Assembly: GCF_000150275.1 (NCBI RefSeq)
Contig: NW_002060958.1
Coordinates: 1,444,088-1,508,087, forward strand
DNA: 64,000 nucleotides
Source: Trichoplax adhaerens
Lineage: Eukaryota; Animalia; Placozoa
Direction: 5' to 3'
The translations under genes and the position numbers were made by a program. The notes under the pieces are model-generated. The model saw only the letters and a program-made list of their open reading frames with translations. It had not been told where the DNA came from and searched no databases. This document shows, piece by piece, positions 13,801 to 25,309 of this stretch. How positions within the stretch are numbered: position 1 is the first letter of the stretch; the number at the start of each line of letters is the position of its first letter.

Positions 13801-16683
13801 AATCTGAAAAATAATTAAGTTTTATTAATTAAATCTATTAATTGACTATAAAGTAAACGTATACTAGCATAAACTAAGATTTAACATGCTTATTAATTGT
13901 AACAGTGGAATAATCTGCAATGCCATTATCACCTTTGACAATTTTCACAAAAGAGTTGATCTACATTCTCTTCAGTAACATAATTGCGGTCCTGTAGCCT
14001 CCAAAATATATCTTGTGCAATTCTATTTAAGTAATTGTGTTATTTCATCAGTAACAAGAATGGAAGAAAACAATGCATGTCGATTCATTCTATAACTCCA
14101 TTATGCTATTCGTTACATACTCGGTCTGTTCTTTCGTTGTTGTACGGCCAAAATGATCAAAACTTATGTCAAACCACTTATAGACTTCCGCGTGGAGAGC
14201 ATGGTATTTATCGCAAATTTGTTGAGGCGTAACTCCTTCTTCGACAGCTTTAGTTTCAGTTGCTGTTCCGTATTCATCAGTTCCGCATATATATAGTATA
14301 TTATAATTGCGTGCACGACAATATCTTATCATTGAAAACAAGAACGACAATATGATTCTTTTAGGGTTGCAATTAAAATATTCAATTGCTAAGGTTGAAA
14401 CTTACCTAGCAAATGCATCAGCGCTTAAAACGCAACCAACGATGTTGCCTAAATGTGGTACATTATTGACATACGGTAGCGCACTAGTTAATAGAATGTT
14501 GCGTTTTCCTTCTTGTGGTAAGAGAGGATGGGGCCGTTTCTCTCTCTTTGGATAATTTTCACGTCCTGATGTCCACGCATGATACGCTTCGTCAATTTCG
14601 TCTTGTGTAACAGAATTTTCACTATCTTCAGTTACAGATTGTGAGGTTGATAAAGACACTGAAGGTATAGGAGCTTGTTGGAAATAATTCTAAAATTATA
14701 TACCAAAGTGGTAATTTAAGTTGTAGCTTAATCTGATTCAGTGTGATTCATTTTATCCCTAATTAATTAAAAGAATATAGTATACATTGTCCCAACTACC
14801 TTGAAAGCTGTTACCCCTTTACTTCCTGTGGCTTCATTGACTGCTGTTTTAAAATCATCCATGGACGATAAGCGTTGATACCAAGTATGGACAGATTTAT
14901 ATTTTTTTGCTACTATTATAGCGATATATAATAAAATTATGCTCATAGAATTATAATCATTTTCACTCCACTTTATGTTAGATACTAAGCAAGACTCTTA
15001 AACCTTACCATTGACAGAAGCTGGACTACTATCAACAAAAGGATATAGTGTACCCCAAATGATAACGTCTGCTAAGCTAATTTCCTCCTAAAAAATTACG
15101 CAAAATGATTACATTTAATCCTTCTAGGCGAAGCTAGTCATTCACTTTACTCAATCGATATTTTAGCAAGTGCTTACTCCGATTAGATAGTTGCTATTTG
15201 CAAGTGCTATATTAAGTTTCTCTAATGATGCATTAACATCACCACAAGTGGCAACATCAACCTTTCGCCCGCATAGAGCTTGTACAATATGAGGAAAGAC
15301 TGAGGGCTAAAATGAAGGAACAATAATAATAAGTTGTTTATATACGGTCACCATCGTTATATGCGAAAACCTATAATAGGTACATAATAGGTACAAACTT
15401 TTAAGTTGTTTCTTTCCCACTCGGCCCACTCATCAATTTGCACTGCCGCTATGTTAGAAACCTTGGAAGTGTCTTTAGAGTAAAAAAATCTTTGGATAAA
15501 AATGAAATTATAGTCGTATCAATTCAAAGGCGATAAGAAAAAGTTGATAACATAGTTGCTACAATGACGCAATGCATGATGAAGTTGACGCATATTGAAG
15601 TATTTAGCATAACGAAATAAAGCAAGAGACTTTTAATAATTTTTACTTGCACATTCCATTCTCCGAGAAAAGGAATTTATTAGGTCCAACTTCTAATATT
15701 GGTAACTAAACAATAAGAATAAAAACTTCCGCATTCCATTTTTTGTTTATCAAAAGAGTATGCTACAGTTTCTAGAATAGAGTATTTGATCCTATGTAGC
15801 AATTAGCAACGGACAAAGTGGTTACAAATTAAAGTTACGAAATATCCACGATAGTTTTGTTAATACATATTTATACTAACTCTGCTTTTGGTAAGGTACG
15901 GCACGACTTTGACGGCATCTATTAAAATTAAGACATAGATCAAACTGAGTATGACAATTGGTATAGTGCTAAAGTGTATGCATAAAAGGCATCAGCTCGC
16001 GGTTCTTGCAAGAGCCTCTATGAATACCAATTAATTACAAAAAAGTCCCATATTTTAATTTTCAATGTCTATATTTGCAATATAAATATCTGTCTGTTTA
16101 ATACTAATGCAAGTGCATGGTATATGCCATTTCTATATGTGTAAGATTAATTATATGGCATATTTGTAGGGTTTTCTAAATTGTATGTTCAATCATGATG
16201 AACGCATTTAGAAGACATTTTCCTTGCCTGGTAGTTCAACTTACCCTCTAATTGGATATAATTGACGTTAACTTTACATTGAGCCAAATGTGAAGAGATT
16301 AAAATCTTTACCAATGATGCGTTGCCAAGATCTAATCATGAATATACGCGTGCAATCATTCACTCAATAATTCAGTTGTAGATTTTAGTAAAGTACCTAA
16401 ATAGACAAGTATGCTAGGTCTACTATGATACTCGATATTACTCAAGATAAATTCAAATAGTACATTCCAATACAAAGTATTGATGTGTCCACCGTATAGA
16501 ACTGAAGATAGAGTATGTCTCAATTCTAATCTAGGGTAATGATGGAACATGATATCCAGGCTGCATCTCAGTTCCAATCAATGGTAGCCATGCAACAGGA
16601 TCAGAATTGGAGTCGATATCACGTGGAATGGTTTATCAAGGTTGATGTAGTTTCTTACCTGTATGCAAAGTTGTTGTATGCAT
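10865..16683 (-). CDS. MARS1: Methionine--tRNA ligase, cytoplasmic (GST-like N-domain, class I catalytic core, anticodon-binding domain, C-terminal WHEP)
   Basis: HIGH-type motif [18 protein letters not shown] (~14410-14500), [12 protein letters not shown], Zn knuckle ([20 protein letters not shown]), [29 protein letters not shown]-type [11 protein letters not shown] (~12630-12665), WHEP exon [14 protein letters not shown]...KLLELKKHL...KKKKKK* ending at 10865. The N-terminus MHTTTLHT|[14 protein letters not shown] is stitched from 16683-16659 plus the next exon; this start is less certain than the core. Confidence 0.96.
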
Positions 16684-17056
16684 TGCACGATTGAAGAGCG
16701 TTGGCACAAGGGTAAAACGATGGCTATATTGCAATATTGACTTGTAAATGAGTAACTGCATAAACTGGAAAAGAGTGCTTCCACCACTACAGGTTGATTG
16801 AATTAGTCACCATGAGCAATTGAGCATGCATTTCAAGAAAAGAGAAATAGCAGTTAAAAGCTTCCTATAGCAATAAAATTTTGATATGAAAAGCCCAAGA
16901 GCAAAATACAATTTAGGCGAATTGTATCAAGCTGATATTTCTAATCAAGAATAGGCAAAATGATGATACAACTGGAGTAAAATTCTTCCATATTCAAGGC
17001 AAAATCGCTAAATCTGACGACATCTTACCTGATAATGTTGTAACATGGCTTGGATC

Positions 17057-17672
17057 TGCGCGCGCGCACTCCTGCTAGCAAAGTCGCCCATATGCAGTAC
17101 TGTACAGCTACAGTGTACAGTACTGTTCAGTATACTGTACACTGTACACTGTATCTGTACAGAGTACTGTAAGTACGTGTATGATCCGCTTCGTTGGCAA
17201 CATTTTTGCAAAGAAATGATCCGATAAATTTGAAAGAAATATAGACATATTTTATATTTACCTGTAGAGGAAGATCTCTAATACTTTGCTATGACCTTAA
17301 AAGGCCCATTAAATAGACAAGCATAAAGAAAATCGATGTTAACGCTATGACCATGAATCCAGTAAAAATCTCCATTTTACAGTACACGTGTACAGTATAG
17401 TACTGTAGAAGTTGTAACTGTGCACTGTACAGCAGGCCACAGAGACACGGCGGCGATCGATGGTTCGGTACGGAAAACTTTTTCAATGCTCCAGTCTATG
17501 CTACAGTATAGCCTTGCCATGGGTGATTGCAACCCTTATAACGGCGTGCACGAGCCTTGAGCTTGGATTCGCTGCAGCATTCCTTTCAGCAACTTGGTGA
17601 TTGCTGCTTAGTCGACATTATCACCGACATTGCTTGCAAAATTGATCTAAATATTACTATCATTGATCGTCC
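17057..17672. promoter_or_regulatory. Bidirectional promoter region MARS1 / MRPL32
   Basis: Head-to-head genes; locally CpG-richer; dense TACAGTA/TACTGTA clusters (17094-17170, 17378-17432); palindrome TGCGCGCGCGCA at 17057-17068; TGGTTCGGTAC at 17461. Confidence 0.65.
17289..17375 (-). CDS. Candidate uORF/micropeptide in the MARS1 5' leader (28 aa, hydrophobic, 4 Met)
   Basis: gtaaaATGG context; reads MEIFTGFMVIALTSIFFMLVYLMGLLRS*; followed 27 nt later by a CAG|GTAAAT donor (exon end ~17262) that could splice to the tgtAG acceptor at ~16787 upstream of the MARS1 ATG. Confidence 0.4.
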   Translation of the reverse strand: MEIFTGFMVIALTSIFFMLVYLMGLLRS

Positions 17673-18295
17673 ATGGCACTATTGACATCGATCGCGAGTA
17701 GACTACTTCAAACTGCACGTATTTTAGAGCAAAGAGCTTGGATTGCCTTGAATTTAAGACCAGCTTACAACTATGATTTACAGCCAACCGATCATGCTTT
17801 AACGTCGTTGGATGATCAACCTGATGGTAATTACTTTCTTGTTCCACATTGGACGAGCAGTGTTTGATAGAATACGATTACTGAATAACACAAGGATACT
17901 GTATCTTATTAGTCCTCTTGTCTTGCACTAGAACTTGAATAAAGTTGTTTTATCGGTTATTGCTAGTAAAATAACATTGATTATACAGAGTAGCAAAATC
18001 GATGGGGACCTTTGCTACGACTCTTCCTAATCCATTCATCGTCTAACCTCATGTAGATGTTGACAACGATCACGGAATACTTTGGATGGCTGTTCCCAAG
18101 AAGAGAACATCCCGTCGTAAGAAGAGATTGCGTAATCTAAACAAGCAATTGAAACCGATACGCAATTTCGAACACTGCAATGTATGTGGCAATCTCAAGC
18201 TAACCAGTATCTTTTGTTCTCACTGCTTAAGGAGAATTAAGGAAGAAACCAAAGCATATAGGAAATCTTTAAAGCCGCTCAAGTTCAAACTTTGA
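17673..18295 (+). CDS. MRPL32: Mitochondrial ribosomal protein bL32m
   Basis: Exon 1 (17673-17826) is an Arg/Leu/Ser/Ala-rich presequence MALLTSIASRLLQTARIL. Exon 2 (18057-18295) reads GILWMAVPKKRTSRRKKRLR...CNVCGNLKLTSIFCSHC, the L32 signature with two CxxC. Confidence 0.95.
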
Positions 18296-19990
18296 AACCT
18301 AGAAATCGCCAATCGTTTGCGCTATGCTTAGCATCCATCACTGCTCATCAATGCTTTTAAATGGATACGTTGCCTTAACCTTAACAATGAACAAACTGTC
18401 GATAGGATGATAAAATATGTATACTGTAGTAATGTACATAGGGATAGGTAGAGTGATGTGATTTCACTTTATTCTGTCAATTCATTTCTCAATTTTTTAC
18501 CTTAAGCCAAATTCGTCATCGGTATAGGTAGTGCAATGATACCATCAGGTCATCAGTAGTGTATCAATGAGTACATTTAGCCAATTGGATTCTTGGTAAT
18601 ACCATGAACCGCTTGCAAATTCATGTCTGCAACTGATTGTGTCAAAATGGTATCATATCCTGCATCTTTATTTTCGAACGATTGAATCGGAGATTATAAA
18701 TAAAGTTAAAAATGAACACTGTACCTCAGGTACCTGCAAAGTTTGTTAATAATCTTTCTAGTACATTACCACGTAAATTGAATAGAAGTACAATCTGCAT
18801 GATGCCAGTCCCTTCAGCGGTTAGAAATGACCATGCTTCAAGTGTTAGCAAGACCGCGAAGAACAAATCATAGAATGGAGTAGATTGACAATTACAGAAT
18901 AGCCTACTACATATCAGATAATGATGATCTGGATGCTATGGGTAGTCATATGTCTTACTTTCCGATTTCAAAAGATAAATACTCTAGATATACGCATACA
19001 TATGCTGTGTCTTATAACTTAACAGTTTATTTTCATCAATCTAATATTTTCAAATTGACTGCAATAGAGTTCAGCGTGAGATTGTTGATGCCAAATTGGA
19101 GTGCATTCATATTACTATTGCACTTTCAATACACATTAAGAATAACTACCGTAATGAGCTGAAATCACTTACCAACGGAAGTACGGTATTCTCAAGCACT
19201 TAACACAAGTTTCATTTTAATGCCTATCTGTATGCTATTAAATCAATGTACTCAGCCGTAGGAATATTTCAAGTTATATACTAGATTCGATTGGAAAAAG
19301 GAATCAGATCCAACAGCAAGTTGAGTTGATTCGTCGAAGACGTGTCGCCACTTTCTAAGCTCTATCAATTATTGCTAATTTGCTTAGCTACCTAAGTGGT
19401 AGTCTAGTCTACATCATAAATTATCCTTATTTTCATACCAGTAAGGTGTATTCAAGGTAGACAAATTAACATAACTTGGGTTAGGGTAATGGTATATTAT
19501 CCGATTCAGATTTTTCAAGAGTCAAATAGAAACGGTATATACGTATTTCATTTACGTATTTCAATGAAGGGACTATCACTACACGTCATAGCATATTTCT
19601 TCAATCGTACTACCAATAGTCAATATCACATTTGGTTTATTATACTTTCCTTTAAACATTCAGAAACTCCTAGAATTCACAAAGTAAAATAAATGATACT
19701 AGGAATAGAACTTTGTTGGTAATAATCATTATTATACATCATTTTAGGCTATTTGAATGAATCAAATAAAATATTTCATAGAATAGAGAGGTAATTAAAA
19801 TGTTACATAAAAAATAAGGATTCATTATAAGACGGTATAGATTATACAGAGTTATTTTCATTGAATTTTATGCATAGAAATCGCAATGCTTTACTTTACA
19901 ATGGGTCGTTATTAGTAACAAATCGAATGTTTCATGATACACTGTACGTATATTTTACTCTATAAAAGTAATTATTTATTCTATTTTCCT

Positions 19991-22900
19991 TTACGGTCCC
20001 TGGCATTGGTCACAATTAGCAGAAACTGCGGGCTGGTGCTCTTCAACTTGTATGGTCGAATGGTGAATATCATATTTCTCACGAATTAATTTTGCTGCAG
20101 CCACCAATACTTTTTGATTTGAAATCGATTGATCTATAAATGGTATCATTATCAAAAATCATCTTACTGCAACATACTGTAGTAGGACATGACCATACTG
20201 AAGTAAAAAACAGGGCATAAAAGGGACGGCAAGTTATAGTAATAATAATATAATTAGTGTTTTTTTTGCAAATCCATCGGCCAGTACAAAAGAAAGAAGT
20301 AATCCTGTCTTAACGATCATCATTTAAAGCATGTTACCTATTGCAAGATGGACCGCTAATGCACATGTTGTGGTTGTAAGGCTCCAAAGATGCAAACTAT
20401 GAGCTGTAGCAACCCCTTCTACACTTTCAAGATCTTTCTTAACGGCTTGATAATCAATATTACTAGGAACACCTAAACCAACATGATTACGTAATACGTT
20501 TATGGACGATAATTGCTAAATTAGTAGCAGCAACATATCAGCATAGTCAATTCTAGACATCATTGTCCTAAGGACATTATAGTAGTATTTTCAACCATGA
20601 CTATAATTAAATATTTCCGTTTATCGAAAAGGAGAATGGCATTACACAAGAATGATAATTACCTTCCATTAGGACAACCACCGTATCACGTAAGATACTA
20701 ATTGTCGTTAATAAAACAATAAATGAGAAGATAAATGTGCATATCGGGTCGGCAATTTTCGCTTGAGGCTATTTAATGAAGAAGAACAACAAGACGATCA
20801 TTACAATAACGTCATTAGGGTGCTATGGCCGATTATCATCCATATTGGTGTGATAGCATAATATTAGGAATGTATTCAGTAAAATCAACTTACAACATAT
20901 TTAATGACATAAGCAGCTATTAAGACTCCAATACTTTGTACAAAATCTCCAATAACGTGGATAAAAGCGGCTCTAACGTTAATATTTTTTTTATCGCCGT
21001 GAGAATGTCCATGGGAATGGCCATGCCCATGGGAATGGCCATGTCCACCCTGATGTAATATTTTACCTAAGCTTTAAATTGTTCAAGAATAAAATTGAAT
21101 TACACAATTTATATACCGCATTTCTGCAACAGTAGGGATAGACTTGTATTGTGACAAAGTTGAATTCAAGCTTACTTACAAATTGATATCTAGTTTACGA
21201 CGTATACAGCAAATAGTGTACAATGTGAACGTTCAATGGTATACTGTACAACTCAAATAGTCGAAATGCTGTAGATCTGACTTACACAATATTGATAGCG
21301 ACGCCAGCACCAGCTGTTATAATCATAACATCAGCATCGATATTTGTTTCATCAGACATTAAACGATGGACAGCAGCATAAACTAATATTCCAGTCATAA
21401 TCCAAATGATAATGACCGATAATAAAGCACCTAGTACCTCTGAAAATTGATAGTAAATAAACGAATAAGAAAAGGAATTGGTTGACTAGTTGATGATAGT
21501 AAAAAAAAGTCAGAACGTGAAATTATTCCATTATTTTGTTTTGCCATCAAAATGGTTAATATCGCTTACAATCCTATTCATAATTATCATTAATCGACTA
21601 ATATACGAAATGATCGTGTACGACATCAATTGTACTTTTCAACGTCCATTTTTCTGCTCTTTGCTATGTTACAGTAGTATAGTGTAGTTACGATTTATCA
21701 TTTCTATTCAAGCATAAGCGATACGGTTATGAAACTGCTAATTTAGGTTAGTGGACATTAAAAGATTGAAATACTCGTAGGTCATTTTGATCCATCAATC
21801 AATCGTTCATGACAAAGAGCAATCAATGTCGTGCATAGGAAAAAAATAATTCAATAATGTCAAGATTGCATTAACTGTCAAGTACTGGTTGCGTAATCAT
21901 CGAACACTTGTTGTACAGCTATAGTATGTTATTTTTTGCTTTTAATGAAGTACTCATGAACGGAAACAACTGAAAAGACATAGAAGAGATTGACAGAAGT
22001 ACGAGAGAAGTAGTTGATCAAGAAGATTTCAAGTTATCAATAGTTAATTAATGTTGAACTTTAATTTATTGTTTGTTTTAACCTGCTCGGTAATAGCCAA
22101 ACGACATTCTCCTCGTCGGCCTTTTTTCCGACAGGTAGATCGCTAATAAACTAATTAAAAAACTGGCAAAATCGGATAACATATGGGCAGCATCCGTCAT
22201 AATAGCCAAACTACCGGCAAAATAGCCACCTAAAAATATATCAAAGAATCAAGTTAATGAATTTGATTGCTTTATTATTCCAAGTAGAATACAGTAGGTC
22301 GAGTTTATTATGGAACAAAAATGGTGTTCTGGCCGTTATTGAGTTCGCCATGAAAGGAAATGGCATTCAGTGTAGGCCAAAAATGTCGAAAGAATAAACT
22401 ACTGCAGAACAAAGCTATTTTACGTATTTTCTCTCCATGGAGGCTATGCTGTAATTTGCTATGGAGACGTAGCATCGGACTTGGTAAAAGGGATTCATGT
22501 TGAATTGGTACTCCAAGTAATCCGTTGCATTGATCGTAGCATGGAATTAAGTTGGAGACGACGGCATTTTATAGGGTTTAGTGATTGAAATCATTGGGTC
22601 ATGTAGGTTTTCAAGACAAAGTATACGACATAATGAGGGATTATAAATTGTTTTTGAATTTGTAATTAAAGTAATCCGAGTTCAAAAATAAAATAGTGTT
22701 GAAATTGTCTTGTCAGGAAAAGAGTACCCAGGGCAAAAATGAAGACTTTTTGACCTTTGTAATGGCTAGTACTGTAGACACGCAGTTGCACACAGGAATT
22801 CGACTAGATAAGATTGGATGGATATTATCTATCGACACTCTTATTGATTATTGGCAACTAAACCATTTTCATTCTGCTCAGTTGAATACCGTTGAGGTAT

Positions 22901-23943
22901 TGTCGAATCCATGTTGAAAACGATAGGGGTCACTTTGAACTTGAAAATATCCAAGACAAATGGTTGAATAGGATGAAATTCATCCATTGCCATGTAACAA
23001 TCTATTGGTAATTGGGCACTATTTCAATGGATTGTAATTATACTGGTTTTGAGAAAAGGATGAAGGAATGGATTGGTATTGGTCTAGTGTTTTTACAGGT
23101 GATGAACCCTTGCAATAACCCTGGAGCGTAAAATGTGGCACGATTGATGAACTAGCGTTGTCATCCGATCGTCTTGTCCAGTACACTCGGTGCATTGGAG
23201 TCATGGATATCGATGGATCGATGTAGAAGAATAACAATTCGAGCATACTGCAACATTTCCATTTTTCTGCATGGATGAGAATGGCAATAACAAGTAGGAA
23301 AGGATGCAAACACAATGAAGGGGGCAAAAAAAAAATGTCGGAAGTCAGTCAATATTGTTGAAATTGAGTAAATAAATAATGTATTCATGGATAAGTATCT
23401 GGACAGGGAGAGTAGACAACGACCACGATAAAATAAGGCAGAAGGATGCCATGAAAAAAGGAACGAAAAAAGGAGTTGACAACGATACAATGACTCACCA
23501 ATTACTTCACCGATAACAAATACAAAGCAAACTAATGAGGCAACCATTAGCCTGGTCTTGGCTTTCTTATTTCCACGATCGTTTTTTTGGTAGGTATGGC
23601 AATGATTACTATCCGATGGAAGCGGAATGGACGTTGAGGGATGAGGATAGCGTCCGTTCTTGAAGACGATTTTGGCGTTATCACCGTCTAGTAATGGCGC
23701 AACATCGGAAATATCTGCTACAAATTCATCGTTACCCTCGGTTGGTGATCGATTTTGATACAGACCATGGCGAGGATCATAATAATGGTCTTGATTCTCT
23801 TGGTTTCGTGATAAGATTGGATTATTCATTTGAAGTGGTAAATCGTGCCGACTCTTCACGTTGACAGCAATAGGGGATAGTTCAATCTGATTACTCTCGT
23901 CGGCGTTGTCGTCGTCGTCGTTACTCGACGTTACCATCAACAT
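19991..23943 (-). CDS. Cation diffusion facilitator zinc transporter, ZnT2/3/8 (SLC30A2-like) subfamily
   Basis: Seven exons at about 23943-23498, 22229-22082, 21439-21286, 21072-20893, 20768-20662, 20472-20339, 20133-19991. Motifs: N-terminal [44 protein letters not shown], His loop [71 protein letters not shown]. Confidence 0.95.
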
Positions 23944-24478
23944 CCTTGGTGTTTAAAATCTATGTATCACTTTGCCCTGCTTTGACAATACACACACACA
24001 CCATTGGCACAAAAGACGATTTCAATCCCTTGATCCACTGGAGCTACGAGAGGCAATTTCAATCCCTTGATCCACTTGAGCACTAAGCCAAGCGGGCTAG
24101 ACCCTATCGATGGAGCTGGATGGACGTCCTACAAAAGTGGGTATTCTTCTTTTGGACCTTTTATGCTAGCAAATCGCTGGATGGCCGCGTACAATAGGAG
24201 AAAGTGCGGGGAGTCTACTGCATCATTTGCTTAATTAAATAGTTTTCATTTTTGTTGGTTTTGCAGCAAGGATGATGGATGAAAATAGCCCTGTCAACAC
24301 ATTCGACTAGAAGGAGAAGACTAGGACATTTTGCAAAAGAAGAACAATATCAACAAGGTTAGCAAGGGAGAGGATTACAATTGGACTTGTGGACTTTGAC
24401 ACAATTGGCCTTTTGTTTTGTCCAACGCGGGAACACCCATTGTATGGAGAGAGTCCAGCCCACGTGACTCGTAGGTTG

Positions 24479-24512
<34 letters not shown>

Positions 24513-24575
24513 AACCCACGTGACTCGTAGGTTGTATACCGTACAGTGTACAGTGTACATACTGTACAGTATACT

Positions 24576-24612
<37 letters not shown>

Positions 24613-25309
24613 CAAGCCACGTGACTCGTAGGCTGTGTACAAAGTCAGAGAGTACAACCCACGTGACTCTATCTGCAAAGAGAGAATCATAAAAGTACAC
24701 CCTACAGTATAGCAGCTCTGTCAGGAATGAGTAACTCCATGACATTATATAGTATCTACTGTATGTACAGTAACTGTACAGTACCGTAGTGCGTCAATGA
24801 TTACAGTACAATACAGTGTACAGTACAGTGTACAGTACTGTAGATACTGTACTGTAGGTAACATTACCAATGTATCGAAATTGGGTTGCGCAGGGTCTGG
24901 TCGGTCTGGTCCGGTCTGGTTCGGTACAGCCTTCCTTTTTCCTCGTCGTCCTTGGTAAAGTGGCAAAGCCTAGAGGGTAAATAGAAATCATTAATTAACT
25001 GGCGGTCAAGAGCAATTCCCATTTGCTCAGTATACCTTGAAACGATTGCATCAATTAGCCATTGCCTAAAATTAAAAGCACCTTGGCCAACTTTCATGAT
25101 ATTACGACAAGTGCCATCACTATAGTACTAGGCAACGGCGAGCTAATCTGAACGGATGAAAGAGAGAGACTGACGATTGCCTGACTGCAAGTGGATTCAA
25201 TACTGACCGAGAGAAAACATTGATCGGCATCATTCAACCCATATACAATCGTCTAAGTTCAAATTCAAAATCGAAATAGACATCGTCATCAGTCATCAGG
25301 GACGACAAA
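23944..25309. promoter_or_regulatory. Bidirectional promoter / 5' leader region SLC30A-like / CDK5RAP3
   Basis: Head-to-head starts at 23943 (-) and 25310 (+); contains the E-box array, a TACAGTA island (24755-24860), and GGTCTGGT x3 ending in TGGTTCGGTAC (24894-24927). Confidence 0.65.
24447..24670. repeat. Compound repeat: four GAGAGT-x-CCACGTGACTC(GTAGG) units separated by (GA)n and TACAGT tracts; each carries an E-box/CLEAR-like GTCACGTG
   Basis: CACGTGAC starts at 24461, 24517, 24618 and 24660; (AG)n runs at ~24482-24509 and ~24580-24610. Confidence 0.9.

Noticed and set aside
18700-19290. Minus-strand splice-like signals (TTG|GTAAGT near 19170, TTGCAG near 19059) suggesting a small hidden gene
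   Set aside because: The joined sequence has no ORF beyond a few codons; it cannot be supported without transcripts.
22788-22794. Metal-response element core TGCACAC in ZnT intron 1
   Set aside because: A single 7-mer is expected by chance, and I saw no MRE cluster in the promoter.
24359-25097. Overlapping ORFs with LSLSLS / TVLYTV runs
   Set aside because: These are translations of (GA)n and TACAGT promoter repeats, with no protein-like content.
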